A stretch of 64,000 bases of DNA. It comes from Botryllus schlosseri (taxonomy: Eukaryota). The translations under genes were made by a program, and so were the position numbers. The stretch lies in assembly GCA_051294905.1 (NCBI GenBank), contig CM119372.1:21764001-21828000 (forward strand), written 5' to 3'. How positions within the stretch are numbered: the first letter of the stretch is position 1; every line of letters begins with the position of its first letter. Shown here in pieces: positions 1 through 12,166 of the stretch. The notes under the pieces are model-generated. The model was given only the letters and a program-made list of their open reading frames with translations, did no database searches and was not told where the DNA came from.

Positions 1-244
1 GACACGACCGACGCGAGCGTACACTTCTTCTTTGTCTGTGTGTCCTTGCGGACGACATCAATGGCTGCTCTGTTATTCTCAAGCACGATTCCCGGATTGA
101 AGGATCGCTGAGCAGATCGCAGTCTGAAGAATTGTAGTTTTCGGCGTAAACGTCTTCTTCGAAATATTTTGCGTTCGCATATCTTATCATGGAAGCAACA
201 AAAATCGCCAGCACCAATGTCGACGGCATGAATGAGTATTTCAT
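1..244 (-). CDS. IL-17-like cytokine copy A, 5' part of coding exon 1 (runs off the window start)
   Basis: ATG at 244 reads MKYSFMPSTLVLAIFVASMIRYANAKYFEEDVYAENYNSSDCDLLSDPSIRESCLRITEQPLMSSARTHRQRRSVRSRRSC with no stop. It is clearly homologous to exon 1 of copies B, C and D, and has a hydrophobic signal peptide ending in ANA. Confidence 0.88.
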   Translation of the reverse strand, partial: MKYSFMPSTLVLAIFVASMIRYANAKYFEEDVYAENYNSSDCDLLSDPSIRESCLRITEQPLMSSARTHRQRRSVRSRRSC

Positions 245-380
245 TTCGAAAATAAAGCCTATACTTGTCGAGCTTCAGTGGAATGTGGACCAAATATACC
301 TATACAATATAATCGAGATTGTATAGATAGTATATTCGGATAAGGAGTGAACGTATATCAGTTCGAGGCCTGATTCGTAA

Positions 381-398
381 CTTATATAGGGATTTCGC
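381..398 (-). promoter_or_regulatory. TATA box (TATATAAG, 381-388) abutting a kB-like decamer (GGGATTTCGC, 389-398), copy A
   Basis: About 140 bp upstream of the ATG. The equivalent position carries a TATA-like sequence in B (21411-21420), C (31598-31605) and D (53854-53861). Confidence 0.5.
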
Positions 399-766
399 TT
401 TCTACGTAATTGTTCTTAGGGTGCTTTGCATATAATTTCATAAAGTCAGTTGCGTTGTACGTTGTACCAGTAACATTCCGTTCACTGCAAAAGTAATTAC
501 ATCTTTATTCAATTCAATTTGAAATGTTTAATTTTTCATTATCTCTTTGCAGATATGCTTGCGCATATTGAAATAGCATTGATAGCATCTAAATACAGAT
601 ACATGTTTGCTTGTGTATATGACGTAGGTGATGATGTATTTCTATTGACATATAGTTGTATGCTATCGCAACAATACCCCTACACGTGGAGTAGATAAGA
701 AAATTCCTGATGTGACATCAGTGATGTCTACTCTACTATACTCAAATAGGATAGTACAGTGTGTTG

Positions 767-3704
767 TAGACATGGGGTGATTACTTTATGAATGTAATCG
801 ATTGCGATCACGATTACTTCGGAATCACGCGATTACGATTACGATTACGATTACAGCAAAATCAGGAAGTAGTAGATTACGATTACGATTACATTGAAAA
901 AGTAATCACGATTACTCACGATTACATTTGTTTTGCTTATGACTATAATCTTAAATGATATATGGGAAGGCAATACAAGGATTGCGATGAAAACGTTTAA
1001 TGAGATATCAACTTTCTTCATACATCTGCGTCATTTGCTTATTACGTCATAATATATCAATTGCACAACTTTATAGTGGATGATTTATCGCCTCCAACGA
1101 TTTGCATTATTGCCAGGTCTTTACCTGCCGCGCCCCAAATTCCTTAATAGAGTGGGGAGCGTGCTCGAAGGGGACTCAAAAGTATTTCGTAAACCAACAT
1201 ATATTATAGAGCATTTTTGAGAATTTAATTAATTCTTGTAAATGTTTTTCGAAATTTGCGATTCAAATATCTCTAGTACAGGGGTCACCAACGCGGACCA
1301 AATGAGTCGCCCGCGGTCGCTGTAGTAGTGGTGGCTTTTGGGGTGGGCGAGGTGGGCGATCGCCAGGGGGGGGCTGGCCGAAGGGCTCCCCTATTTGGAT
1401 TATGCGCTTTTTTCAAGGATAATAACGAATAAACATGGAAATCCGTGTAAGGCAAGAATAGGATTCCGTACAGATGTGTCAATCATCATCAAATCTCTGC
1501 ATTTGTTAGAAAAGTACCATATCCCGATAATCATCACGTCTCTGCATGCGGTAGAATTACTTAGTTTTAATGTCGTCTATCTTTGCACACATGAAAAAAT
1601 AGACATGACCGAATCCAGCACCTGGCCAAACCTTGATAGATAGATAATAATAACAGATGCGAAAGAGGGGTCTGGGGGGTGAAGCCCCCCATAAGTTACG
1701 GATAGGTACTTATAGCGCGGCCCCCTGTAAGTCTCGCCCAGCCCCCTCCCCCCCCCGTTCGTATGGCCACCACTGCGCTGTAGCAAATATCCAAATGAGA
1801 GATTTGATAGTTGAAGCTCGTTTCATATGAGCAGCAGCTGAACATGGGTCGGCCGACGCCAAGGAACATACGAACGCAGTCGCTCGGGGCATTGCTTGTC
1901 TTCGCCCACGCGGCGGCTCAACGGGAATCTATATAGTTAATATTCCCGAGTCTAGACGCGGAGATCGGCGCTTCTGCGCGCACTGCAGCAACGCAACTGA
2001 GCTTGGAGGAGCTGGTGTGAGTCCCTGCGAGTGAGCATTTTTTTCTTGGTAAGGGCCGGAAACCCGACCCAGTGCTCTGATTGTCTTACTCCAAGTGAAG
2101 AAATCCAACTGAACATGGATAAACGACGGGAGTACGTGGTAACCCGTCGGTCATCGCAATAATCAGTACACACTACACAAGAAGTAGCTTTTTGTTTCAA
2201 AACAGTTGGTGACCCCTGCTCCAGTAGATCGCTGGGTTTGAAATGCATACCTCTTCCCCTCAAGAAAAAACAAACATAGGGTATATTTTATGGGAACAGG
2301 CATTTCGTAGCCGGTCATTACCGCGCCACGATCCCACAACACACCAAAACACATAAGCAGTTTCGGCCAACACGCAACTCCACGGGATGTGATACCAAAG
2401 AAATACCTTGGTCGAAACTTAGGGTATTCGTCCATTGTCAATAGCCGCGCTGAGTGGGCGGGACTAATAACTCCTGTCCTTCCAATCTGGTGCCACAATG
2501 CAAATGTCACCCGGCGCATCCACAAAGGAATAGAGCCATGACAATGTGTGTGTGCGTCACACAAAAGATATTCTTTTAGTCTGCTACGTTTGGGCGAGTA
2601 CAATATCTTGTGATTATACAACGGACTGGAGGTCGCGAATTAACAACATACAGTAATTATAACAACATACCAGATGCTATGAATATGAATTACGTGCCCC
2701 AGCTTTACAGGTAAATCTGACACTCGGGGCTCAGAGAGGTTATAAATGAATAGTAATATAATGCAATTACCAATATTATTGACGAAATTCACTTTTGAAA
2801 ATTGACCAGCGGTTGGACAGGGGAATTGCTGTTTTGGCTGAATTGCTGATTCTAGCTACAACCCACGCTAACATGTCAGGCTATATAAGCGGATGGTTAT
2901 GGCGGCAGGTCCAAATGCTAAGTAACGAACTGTGAAATAACGATTGACGCCCGTTTTAAGTAGTTATATGAGAATAAGATATGGTTAACACAAAAAATTC
3001 TGCCTTCAACTTAATACATCTACAGCGAGCTGCTGTTACGAGAAACGGCTAAGCACGGCTAGGTTATGATATATATCAGCAGCTGTTTATTTGTAATGCT
3101 TCGTTGTGGAAACTGCAATGTCTTATTCGACGAGTACAAAATTCCGAATCTTCGTCAGGTGCACGTGCGTACGTAGGCATCCTGCTCGCCAAGCAGCAAT
3201 GGTGCACAACCAAACATTAATACATAAGTTACTATTTGAAACTATAGGCAGAGTGGTGATCAATATCCTGCTGCGAGGTAGCGGCTTCTGTAGTGTATTG
3301 ATAACCTGATATACACCACGGGCGGTGTTCTTACAGTCACACTACAATGTCCATCGCATGTCTGTTTACTATGTGTGAATACTTGTTACGCAATGACGAG
3401 CGGAGCTAATACTTCTGACGTAATAATGAGTCAGTGGCGTTTGAAAACAGACGTTTGTGCTAACGCTAACGTGGTATATTATCTCATTCTTGTTCACGAA
3501 TATTCAGTTTATGTCATAGTCCTTGTACAAACAAAAAGTAATCGTTCTTTCACAAACAAATCGATTAGATATAGGAAGTAGTCGATTACGATTACGATTA
3601 CTTTGGATTTTTTTCAAATGTAATCGATTGCGATTACGATTACTTCAAAATGCTGTAATCGTCGTAATCGATTACGATTACTAATCGCGATTACCCCATG
3701 TCTG
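767..3704. mobile_element. non-autonomous hAT element with (GATTAC)n subterminal repeats, inserted in the copy A promoter
   Basis: TIRs TAGACATGGGGT.../...ACCCCATGTCTG. Perfect 8-bp TSD GTGTGTTG (759-766, 3705-3712). Absent from the homologous promoters of B (~21745) and D (~54225). Confidence 0.9.
1279..2218. mobile_element. hAT (Charlie-like) MITE nested in 767-3704
   Basis: TIRs CAGGGGTCACCAAC / GTTGGTGACCCCTG. TSD CTCTAGTA / CTCCAGTA. Confidence 0.85.
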
Positions 3705-3933
3705 GTGTGTTGTATATCTAATATAATCATATATAGTATTCACAAAATAGCTCTACATGGATGCTGAGACAAGATTGTCATCTCGGCTTAAGCCAAATAT
3801 AGCTGTTATCCCGTATAAATTGAATTAATTCAACAAATAGCATCGTTGTAGATACACAAAGCAAATCTATGGGCTTTGTTCCAGCTTATTGGTTATTCAT
3901 TGAATGAATCTTGCATGAAGCGACCGCAGGTAC

Positions 3934-3943
3934 GGAAGTCCCC
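3934..3943 (-). promoter_or_regulatory. NF-kB consensus site GGGGACTTCC upstream of copy A
   Basis: Matches GGGRNNYYCC and is conserved at the homologous position in B (21968-21977) and D (54445-54454). Confidence 0.5.
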
Positions 3944-4452
3944 AATGTTTTGCGGTGGGTGTGTCATATGAGAGAAAATAACGAAAGAGAGAAATTATTA
4001 TTGTACAACATACAGTACTATGTACACTGTGTACACTGTACAGGCAGATCAATTCAAAGGAATAATACCATGCATTTACTAGGCGTTCGACTTCCCATTC
4101 TCGAAATTGCACGCTGCGAATAGATTTTCAAACCTTAATCGGTCGCAATTATTATTAACGAGTACAGTAGCTACTTATCATAAGTGGCGGATATCCAACA
4201 AACGACAACAATGGCGGATTTACAAGTTTGAAATTCGTTGTGTAGAAATATAAAAAATATAAAAAACTTAGAAAAAGGTTAAAAAAAACGTCCCTGCGCC
4301 GTTGGTCACGGATCACTGTTACATATACCGCTGCTCTGGAGTGTCATTTCTCATGCATCTCCTGTGCTACATTTGCTACTGGTGTACCCCGTGTCGATTT
4401 TCATGAACCATGAGGTGCACCATGCACACCGGTTTAAAAGCACTGGTCTAGA

Positions 4453-4871
4453 GAAGGGGTTCTCAATCATAAGGTGCAGATTGAACTGACCACGGTTGCT
4501 GTTAGAATGGATGCCGTCAACAGATAAAAGATAATAACCGACTTCCCAATACTCAGTCATGAGTAGCATTTTGTAAGGGGAAGTCTAAAAAATGTCGAAA
4601 ATACACTATATCAATGTTCAAACCCATAAGTTAATGGCGCTGACTGGAAAAATCATCGCCGGCAATGAGGTGGTGAAATTGTGGCTTGGCCGATATTCAT
4701 GTCTTATTTTTGAGTCACCATGCACCATCATATTGAAGTGCTTGATAGTGATTTGAAGCAGGTAGACGACCTTTTTTCAGTCACCGGCTTACCAAATCTC
4801 GAAAGGATGCCGCATACTATGTTTTTCCAGTTCATGTGATGCTGCGGGATCAAAACAGTTGTGAACCACTA
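4453..4871. mobile_element. older hAT MITE predating the segmental duplication
   Basis: Degenerate ends GGTTCTCAATC ... GTTGTGAACCACT flanked by GTCTAGAG / CTCTAGAG. Homologous copies lie at ~49375-49772 and ~59721-60535 with the same downstream flank. Confidence 0.65.
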
Positions 4872-4880
4872 TCTCTAGAG

Positions 4881-5425
4881 CAGTGGTTCCCAACCTGTGG
4901 TACGCGTACCACTAGTGGTACGCGAAGGTCTTCCAGGTGGCACGGGAGTAGATTCTGTTTTTTTTTTTCGACCGAAGGGAGTTATTACTTCAGTTGGGGT
5001 TGATTTTGAGTTTTTGAAGCCGTCGTCGTCGTGGTAAGGTACGTCGAAGAAACGAAACAGACTTGTTGCGCCCATGCATAACTTTTGATGCTCTGTGCGC
5101 ATAGTGTCCTATATACTGCGAGCAAACGTATATGCCACGCACCGACCAGCTAGTGGCAAATTAACAAATGTAGCCATCGCCAAATTGACTTTTGCTGTTT
5201 GTTGTTATTTCATTATGTTGTTCTACTTGTGACCGGGGGTGAAAGACAATTCCATGCATCCGATCAACCTTGGCTGATAATGCCTAGTTGGATAAAATTT
5301 GTTATTAAACCTCGCATGGGTCAAGTACGTGATTATGACGTCATAAATGGTGGTTGTAGGTGGTACGCGAGCACTGCCTGAAACCTTGAAATGGTACGTG
5401 GACGGGGAAAGGTTGGGAACCACTG
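4881..5425. mobile_element. hAT Charlie-like MITE (545 bp)
   Basis: TIRs CAGTGGTTCCCAACC / GGTTGGGAACCACTG. Perfect TSD CTCTAGAG. Same family as 25343-26733 and the partial inverted copy at ~46206-46660. Confidence 0.92.
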
Positions 5426-6387
5426 CTCTAGAGCCTTACCGGCAAGTGATTTTTTTCCCCAAGTCTTTCCAAAATAATCCCTGTGTTAACGTCGTCATGT
5501 GTTTGAAGTTGTCCAGTTGCTGCGGATGGGTGTCGTCAATTCGATGAGAAATAGAGTTTTGAAGCCAATACGGAGAGGTAATATTTAAATTTATTGAATC
5601 GTGGTCTAGCTAGAATATCGATTACGTATTTCGTCGTACATTAGAGCAATAGGAATCAGCAAATATTATACTGACAGTAGGCCCCTTCGTTTGCGTTGAG
5701 CATACATAGACTATCGACCTTTTAGGTTCAGGACGTGTCTCGCATTCCTGTTATCTTGAGAAGCCTTGAAGGTATATTGTTTGCTAATAAATATTTGTCT
5801 GTGTACCATACTATGTCGATACAAAATGAATATGTGGTGAGTTTCAGATTTACAATACGGGTGTTACTTCATCATACTCGGAATTTTTTTCATACGTATC
5901 ACAAGACTGAAGAAGAATATTTATTTGTCGAGAAGTAAATTATCCTACCATAATTGGTGTTCTTCATCGCGTCTTAAAGACTATATATATAGGATCATCA
6001 TTAGTTCATGTGGATTATAACACTGATCAATAGCAGATTTCAAACTAAGATGTGACAAAGTGATTTGAAAGGATTTTGTCCCTGCTTTAAATATGTTATT
6101 ATTTTTCAAGTTTTTGAGATATTTGCATTTTAAATTTTAACTGATATGCAATAATCGTCATAATAGGAACATTGTGGAGTTCATTGCAATCAAATTGTGA
6201 CGTAACTCATGAAGGAATATTTCTGTACCTGACTGATATCTTCCATAATTACGTCATAGTCATCAATTTCCAATTATATCTCAAAGAGGATTTTTTGAGA
6301 TCTTGGCGCAGGTTACGGGTATTTCCAACGCGTTGGATGATGAGATGCCGGTGATAGAAATGACGTGTGTCCTGGTTACGCCTATGT

Positions 6388-7185
6388 CAGAGGTGGCAAA
6401 CCTGCGACCGTCGAAAAAAATTTGTGCGGCCGTGGACACGTAATTCAATGAGTATGTGTTTGCGGGCGTCGACGTGCAATTTGAATTTACGAATTGACTC
6501 CCGATTTCTAGAGAGATTTGAATTAAACATGAAATTTTCTTCGCGCTGCGCACGATTCAATGTGTCTTCATTTTTCGATTTTAATGTAGCGCCCTTTGCA
6601 ATCAGAGCCCAACAGTGTAGATGTGAAAAGCAGAGGAAAATGATGCGCCACATATAGAAATACCAATTCGGAATCGTGTGCTCCTCCTTATACTGACAAT
6701 CCTGATGGAAGGTCATGAAATAACAGCATGCAACAAAGTTACTATTAACAATTGGCCGAGCCGAAAATGCATCATCAACATCATTTATAACTTGCCCTAA
6801 ATTTTCGAAAACACCCCCTCCTTTAACTCTATCTGTGAATCTGGTCACATGGGCTGAGAAAGGACAAATGTTAGACAGTAATATGTAAAACTACCAATAT
6901 TAATGACGAAATTCATCAGTGACTCTGAAAAAGATTTTGCGCTTCGCGCGACTATAAACAATCCCATAACATTGCCATCGACCACTCGCGATTTCAGTGC
7001 GTATAGTAAGCATATATGATTCAATATATTAGTCCGGAGTGCACCGGAAATGAACATAGACAGTTTAACATGGGTATTTGCCATTCCAGCTAGTTCATTA
7101 CGACTATGCCGTGGAATGCGGCCGGATTGGTTACATGAGTAATCGAAATGCGGCCATGAATGGCAAAAAAGGTTGGCCACTCCTG
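6388..7185. mobile_element. ~800-bp hAT MITE, copy 1 of 3
   Basis: Ends CAGAGGTGGCAAACC / GGTTGGCCACTCCTG. Body homologous to 8347-9444 (inverted) and 25625-26468. The paralogous site near 62925 is empty. Confidence 0.85.
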
Positions 7186-8346
7186 TCCTATATGGTCACA
7201 TGATTGAGCAATGAAAGGCATCTTAAACGGCTGCATTCCCCAATTAAATGCAGTGAAACGAAATCGTATTTTTAGGACTTATTATCGAAATTTGATTTGC
7301 TCAGCCGTGATACGTGGAAGAATACGATCATTTCACAGTTCGGTGTGTTGGAAGCATATGTTGACAAAGATGCACTTGTCTGTACCCTTTTGGTGCATTC
7401 CGAAGTAAATATTTACTTGTGTACCGAGTACGTATACAAATTTAGCGTGAAATGTACGCTAGTTACCCATTGCACTCAATGAAGACTTATCAGTCGAACA
7501 ACCATTAAAGTAAATAAAGAATAAGCTTGCATATTCACGATTTCAACATTTATTATAAACAATTTTCTCCAAATTATTTGTGATGTCATTGTCAAACGCG
7601 CGCAGTATTGTACCGTACCATTACAAACTATCAGAAAAACTTCACCATTTGACGGGATACCTGGATATCATTGATGCTGTCGAAATGAACGACTGCCCAA
7701 ATTCTATACCAGTGAGGAGATCATATAGTTATATAGTACATTTGTCATTCAGTCCGTACCATATCTCAGATACAGTCGACTCCGTTTTATTCAGGCCCGT
7801 TGGGCCTGCTTACTTTTGGTCGAATTAAGCAGATAAACTGCTTCGTCTCATGGAATTAAATCTACTTCAGTATGGTTCTTAACCTTTAATGACTTGCTTA
7901 CCCTTACGCTAATCTGCAGATCCTTCGCGGAACTCCTCATTTGCACTGCGTGTCACAAAAACAGAAATCTACCACATTACTGATCTAATTACACATTTAA
8001 TACATTACTATGTAGGGCTGTTACTGGTGCGCAAAATAAACTGTGCATCGACAGAGTGGTGAAAGAACCGCGGCCATTAAAATATTAGTTGTTCCTGGTG
8101 TTTCGGTCGCTATGGTCATTTATACAAGGTCTATATTTTTTATGATGAATCCTGATCGGCGACAGCGACTTATAGCACGGGGCAATTTCTTTCTAGCCTT
8201 TTTGCAAGGCACCGCTCACGAAGATCACGTGACGAGATGGAGCCCAGACAAACACACAGCACTTAAGTAGGAATTCCGGAGTCGACCTCAGTCGGTATCG
8301 AACTCGTAACCTATTGGTGTTTCAGCTGTGGAACGTTCCTCTACGC

Positions 8347-9444
8347 CAGGGGTGGCCAGACTTTTTGCTGTTCACGGCCAAATTTCTATTACTTATGTAG
8401 CCTACCGTCGCATTCCAGGACATAGTAGCAATGAACTAACTGGACTCTAAATACGCATATTAAACTGTACATGTCCATTTCCGGTGAGCTCCGGACTATA
8501 ATTTTCTTTTTCATGTGGTCTTAATATACGCAGCGAAATCGCTAGAGGACATGTAATGAATAGTTACTGGGAGTGGTTATTTTTTCAGATTCACGAATGA
8601 ATTTCGTCATTAATATTAGTAGTTTCACATATTGCTATCAAATATTTATCCTTTCTCATCCGATGTGATCACATTCACTGGTAGAGTTGATGTAGGGGGA
8701 GTGTTTTACCGAAAAGATACCGTATAGTGGTGAAGTGTCCGGCTTCTTGATCGGTAGGTCGTGGGTCCAATCCCCGGCCGGGTCAGACCAAAGACCTGAT
8801 TAGTAACACTGTTATCAATGACTTCTCTGTTTGGCGTTGATGCATTACTTGGATAGCATAGAGGGGTGGTGCAAGACTTGGAAAGCCTTACTGCAGGGCT
8901 ATATCTGCATCTTCCATGTCCAGCGGCATATGCACATCATAGTACGCATATGCACAGATCGTGTGTATGTATATCATGAGTCGGTGTATATGCCGCAAAA
9001 CATCGGGGACAAAAATAGCCTATACGCCCTTTCCTATTTAGGGCAAGTTATAAATGATGATGCATATTCGGGTGGGCCAATTGTTATTAGTTACTTTGTT
9101 ACATGCTGGTATTTCTTGGCCTCGCATCAGGATTGTCGGTATAGTGGTAAGATATTTGAATCTCTCGAACGTACTAGAAACAAATTTCTTTCGTGAGGAG
9201 CAAACGATTCCAAGTTGGTATTTCTATATGGGGTGCATCATATTCCTCCGCCGTTCGCATCTGTACTCTGGGGCTCAAATTGCAAATGGCACTACTATAT
9301 TAAATCGAAAAATGAAGTCGCATTGAATCGCGATTTCACGATCAATTAAATATCTCATGTCGACGACTGCCAACGCATACTAATTGAATTACGTGTCCAC
9401 CACCACACAAATTTCCTTCTACGGCTGCAGGTGGCCCATCCCTG
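8347..9444. mobile_element. ~800-bp hAT MITE, copy 2 (inverted), carrying a nested SINE
   Basis: Ends CAGGGGTGGCCAG / GGTGGCCCATCCCTG. TSD CTCTACGC / CCCCACGC. Homologous to 6388-7185. Confidence 0.82.
8710..9032 (+). mobile_element. tRNA-derived SINE (family 2)
   Basis: A-box-like GTATAGTGG and B-box-like GGTCCAATCCC, followed by a non-tRNA body. This segment is absent from the other two copies of the host MITE. Confidence 0.65.
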
Positions 9445-10126
9445 CCCCACGCTATCCCGCCACATTAACATGATTTTCACGCAAAATGAAAATATTATGG
9501 GGGAAATATTAAAGTTGGATTAGCAATAAAGTCGATTATCGCGTTCGTCAGGATTTATCAACCCAGGATTAAGGAAACCGGTTGATCGCAGCGAATAAAG
9601 TTATGTTAATATCATGATATAAGAAACCGGAACTAGTTATCTGTAAACACCGCGTACATTGCTTACCAGTCCTACGCACAAATATTTTCTATATTGACCG
9701 TGTCGATTGTCTGCTAGCTAGGCAATAGCTTCACTAAACAATCTGCGATTTATGCACCCACCATTGCAGAGCGATATCAATATTATATAATCCGTTTCTT
9801 ACCTGCATCGTAATAATTGGACACGACTTTCATTTAGCAATGATGATAATTCTACCTATTACAGTGGCAGTATCGTCATCAGCAGGCTGCTGTTTCATTC
9901 AACAAATTGACACCTGAAATCCTATAACCCGTTTTCACATTATGATGCAACAGATATCGCCACTTGATTGAAAACTCAGGACACCTCGACTAACCATCGC
10001 GCGTAAGCTTTTCCAACTTTATGCGTCGCGATAAACAGTATTTCCAACCGTAACCTCCCCTGTATACGCCACTGCACTCAAGGTATCATCAAAACCAGGG
10101 CATGGTATGGTATGTATGGTATGGAT

Positions 10127-12166
10127 CAGGGCTGTGGAGTCGGAGTCGGAGTCGGAGTCGTGAAAACTATAATAGCTGGAGTCGGAGTCGGAGTCGGAGT
10201 CGGTGGGAAAATACTGACTGGAGTCGGAGTCGGAGTTTGTGAAAATGACTATGACTTCGACTCCGACTCCGACTCCAACTTCTCTATCATGAAAACATTT
10301 GCTTTCAAAGAATTTTCAATAGAATTTTTATGTACCACCAACCACTGTTAATATTAACCATACAGATCAGGTGCGGCCAGCCCGTGGCACGAAGGTCAAA
10401 TTTGGCACACGAGAAGGTTAGGTGTGGCCTGCGAGGTAATTCTCGAAATTATTTATGACATCAGGTACAATTGCAAGGCCAACCAAAATTTGATTAGCAT
10501 GACCGCGAAATTTGATGATGACTAAAACAACAGTTCTGACGCATTGACGTATCCAGGGGCCAGCCACATTTATCCCAGATCTTCGTATACGACCATGAAG
10601 TAGAATATTTCATAGCAGATTTATTTGACTTGAAATTTTCTCGGTACTTCGCATGATTCATTGTCACTAGATTTCTTGCATTCAGTATTTGAGCCCACTT
10701 CTGAAAATTATAAATACATATTATTCACAGAATTGAGTCTAACTGTATTCGCAATTAGGAGATACGGCTTCGCTTGTGCACTCGCAGCGAGATCGTCGAC
10801 AAAACATTTGCACAAAATTATAGAGGCATGTTCACTGATACCATCGATTTTGCTATGTCTAAACGTCGAATAATCATGTCCTTGCCAAATGAGCCCAGTG
10901 GTATACAGATGCGACCCCCAATGTATGTTAGCAACATATTTATTGATATAGCTATAGCCTAATTCAGTCGTTATCTTGCAAAAAAATTTCGCGCTTCGCG
11001 CGACCAGGGCCTGATTGCGCACTGCACAGTTACATGGCATATTGTTATCAATTTTATAGCGTATTAATATAAGTCTTGTTTGCAATATTACCTAATTCGG
11101 TTCGCTCCTATCGACGACTAAAAAAAGGTTATCAACATTCCAGTTCCCCGCGCAATGGTTCGTAAATCTCAGGTGTCCCTTTCGTCGAAAAAGTTGCCCA
11201 CCCCTGATATAGATAAAATTAGACATTACTTGCAAATTGCAACTCAGTTGCAGAGGGTAAGAAAATCGCAATATGCGTTTTCGCGATGCAGTCAAAATTG
11301 ATGCAATTTTTGGAATTATACCATGATACTGTGACGGAGAAAATGCATCGGCTGGTTTTGTAAAATTGTAAAAATGATGTAGATATGACCAAACGATGCT
11401 CCCCACTTGACAAAATTAAAAATATTTGTAGTGTAGCTTAGCTGTTTGGGTCGAACAAATGATTAAGAAAGACTGCCAATCCTTGAATACTTGATTAAGT
11501 ACATGCAGACTAGACATTGGCTATGGTCTTTGACTACTTAACTAAATTCCATTTCTGACCAATGTCTATTGTTAGTAGTAAGAGTGTTTGACTGTTTGTG
11601 CTTGTAATCAGGATAGTGTGCAATGACAAAATTAGTAAGTGCAATTTCTCTATTAGTTGCTGAGTCATACGTAAGAGCTACACTTGGATTTTTTATCTAC
11701 ATTTTTATTAAACAGGATTGGATATCTGCCATATTTGAATGATTCATACATTTCAGGATATTAAAGAGTCCATGTTATAAAAACTTGAATAAGGAAGGAT
11801 ATTTAGCAAATCTTTATTTCATGTTAATTGCATATAGTGGATGATTCGAGCTGTGCCACAATGAAACAATTTAGCATGCCACAATTAATCATATGTTTGC
11901 ATATGTTTAATGGTTGTATGATAGTCATTCAACCGACAATGTGGTATATAATTTTCGAAGTGCATTGGTAATAATGCTGGAGTCGGAGTCGGGAGTCGGA
12001 GTCGGAGTCGGTACGTTTAAAGACCCAGGAGTCGGAGTCGGAGTCGGAGTCGGTACGTTTAAGAACTCAGGAGTCGGAGTCGGAGTCGGAGTCGGTATAT
12101 TGAAAATGTGTGGAGTCGGAGTCGGAGCCGGAGTCGGTGGTAAAATTTACCGACTCCACAGCCCTG
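10127..12166. mobile_element. hAT element with (GGAGTC)n subterminal arrays
   Basis: TIRs CAGGGCTGTGGAGTCGG / CCGACTCCACAGCCCTG. Perfect TSD GTATGGAT (10119-10126, 12167-12174). Hexamer arrays at 10136-10280 and 11979-12160. Confidence 0.92.
10368..11206. mobile_element. hAT MITE nested in 10127-12166
   Basis: Ends CAGGTGCGGCCAG / GTTGCCCACCCCTG. TSD ATACAGAT / ATATAGAT. Confidence 0.65.

Larger units (their letters stand above)
8085..9463 (-). mobile_element. tRNA-derived SINE (family 1), with its A box interrupted by MITE 8347-9444
   Basis: The reverse complement of 8085-8346 plus 9445-9463 aligns with the SINE at 23330-23605: head GTGGCGGGATAGCGT, CACAGCTG-ACACCAAT, B box GAGTTCGATACC, 3' TAAATGACCATAG. 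Confidence 0.75.

Noticed and set aside
1338..2621. 100-150-aa ORFs inside the promoter hAT element as a possible transposase
   Set aside because: No BED finger, DDE or hAT dimerisation motifs, and some cross nested-element boundaries.
7211..7828. ORFs apparently conserved with 63307-63546
   Set aside because: The similarity is explained by the recent segmental duplication. Starts are non-ATG or not preserved, there are indels between copies, and no protein motif is evident.
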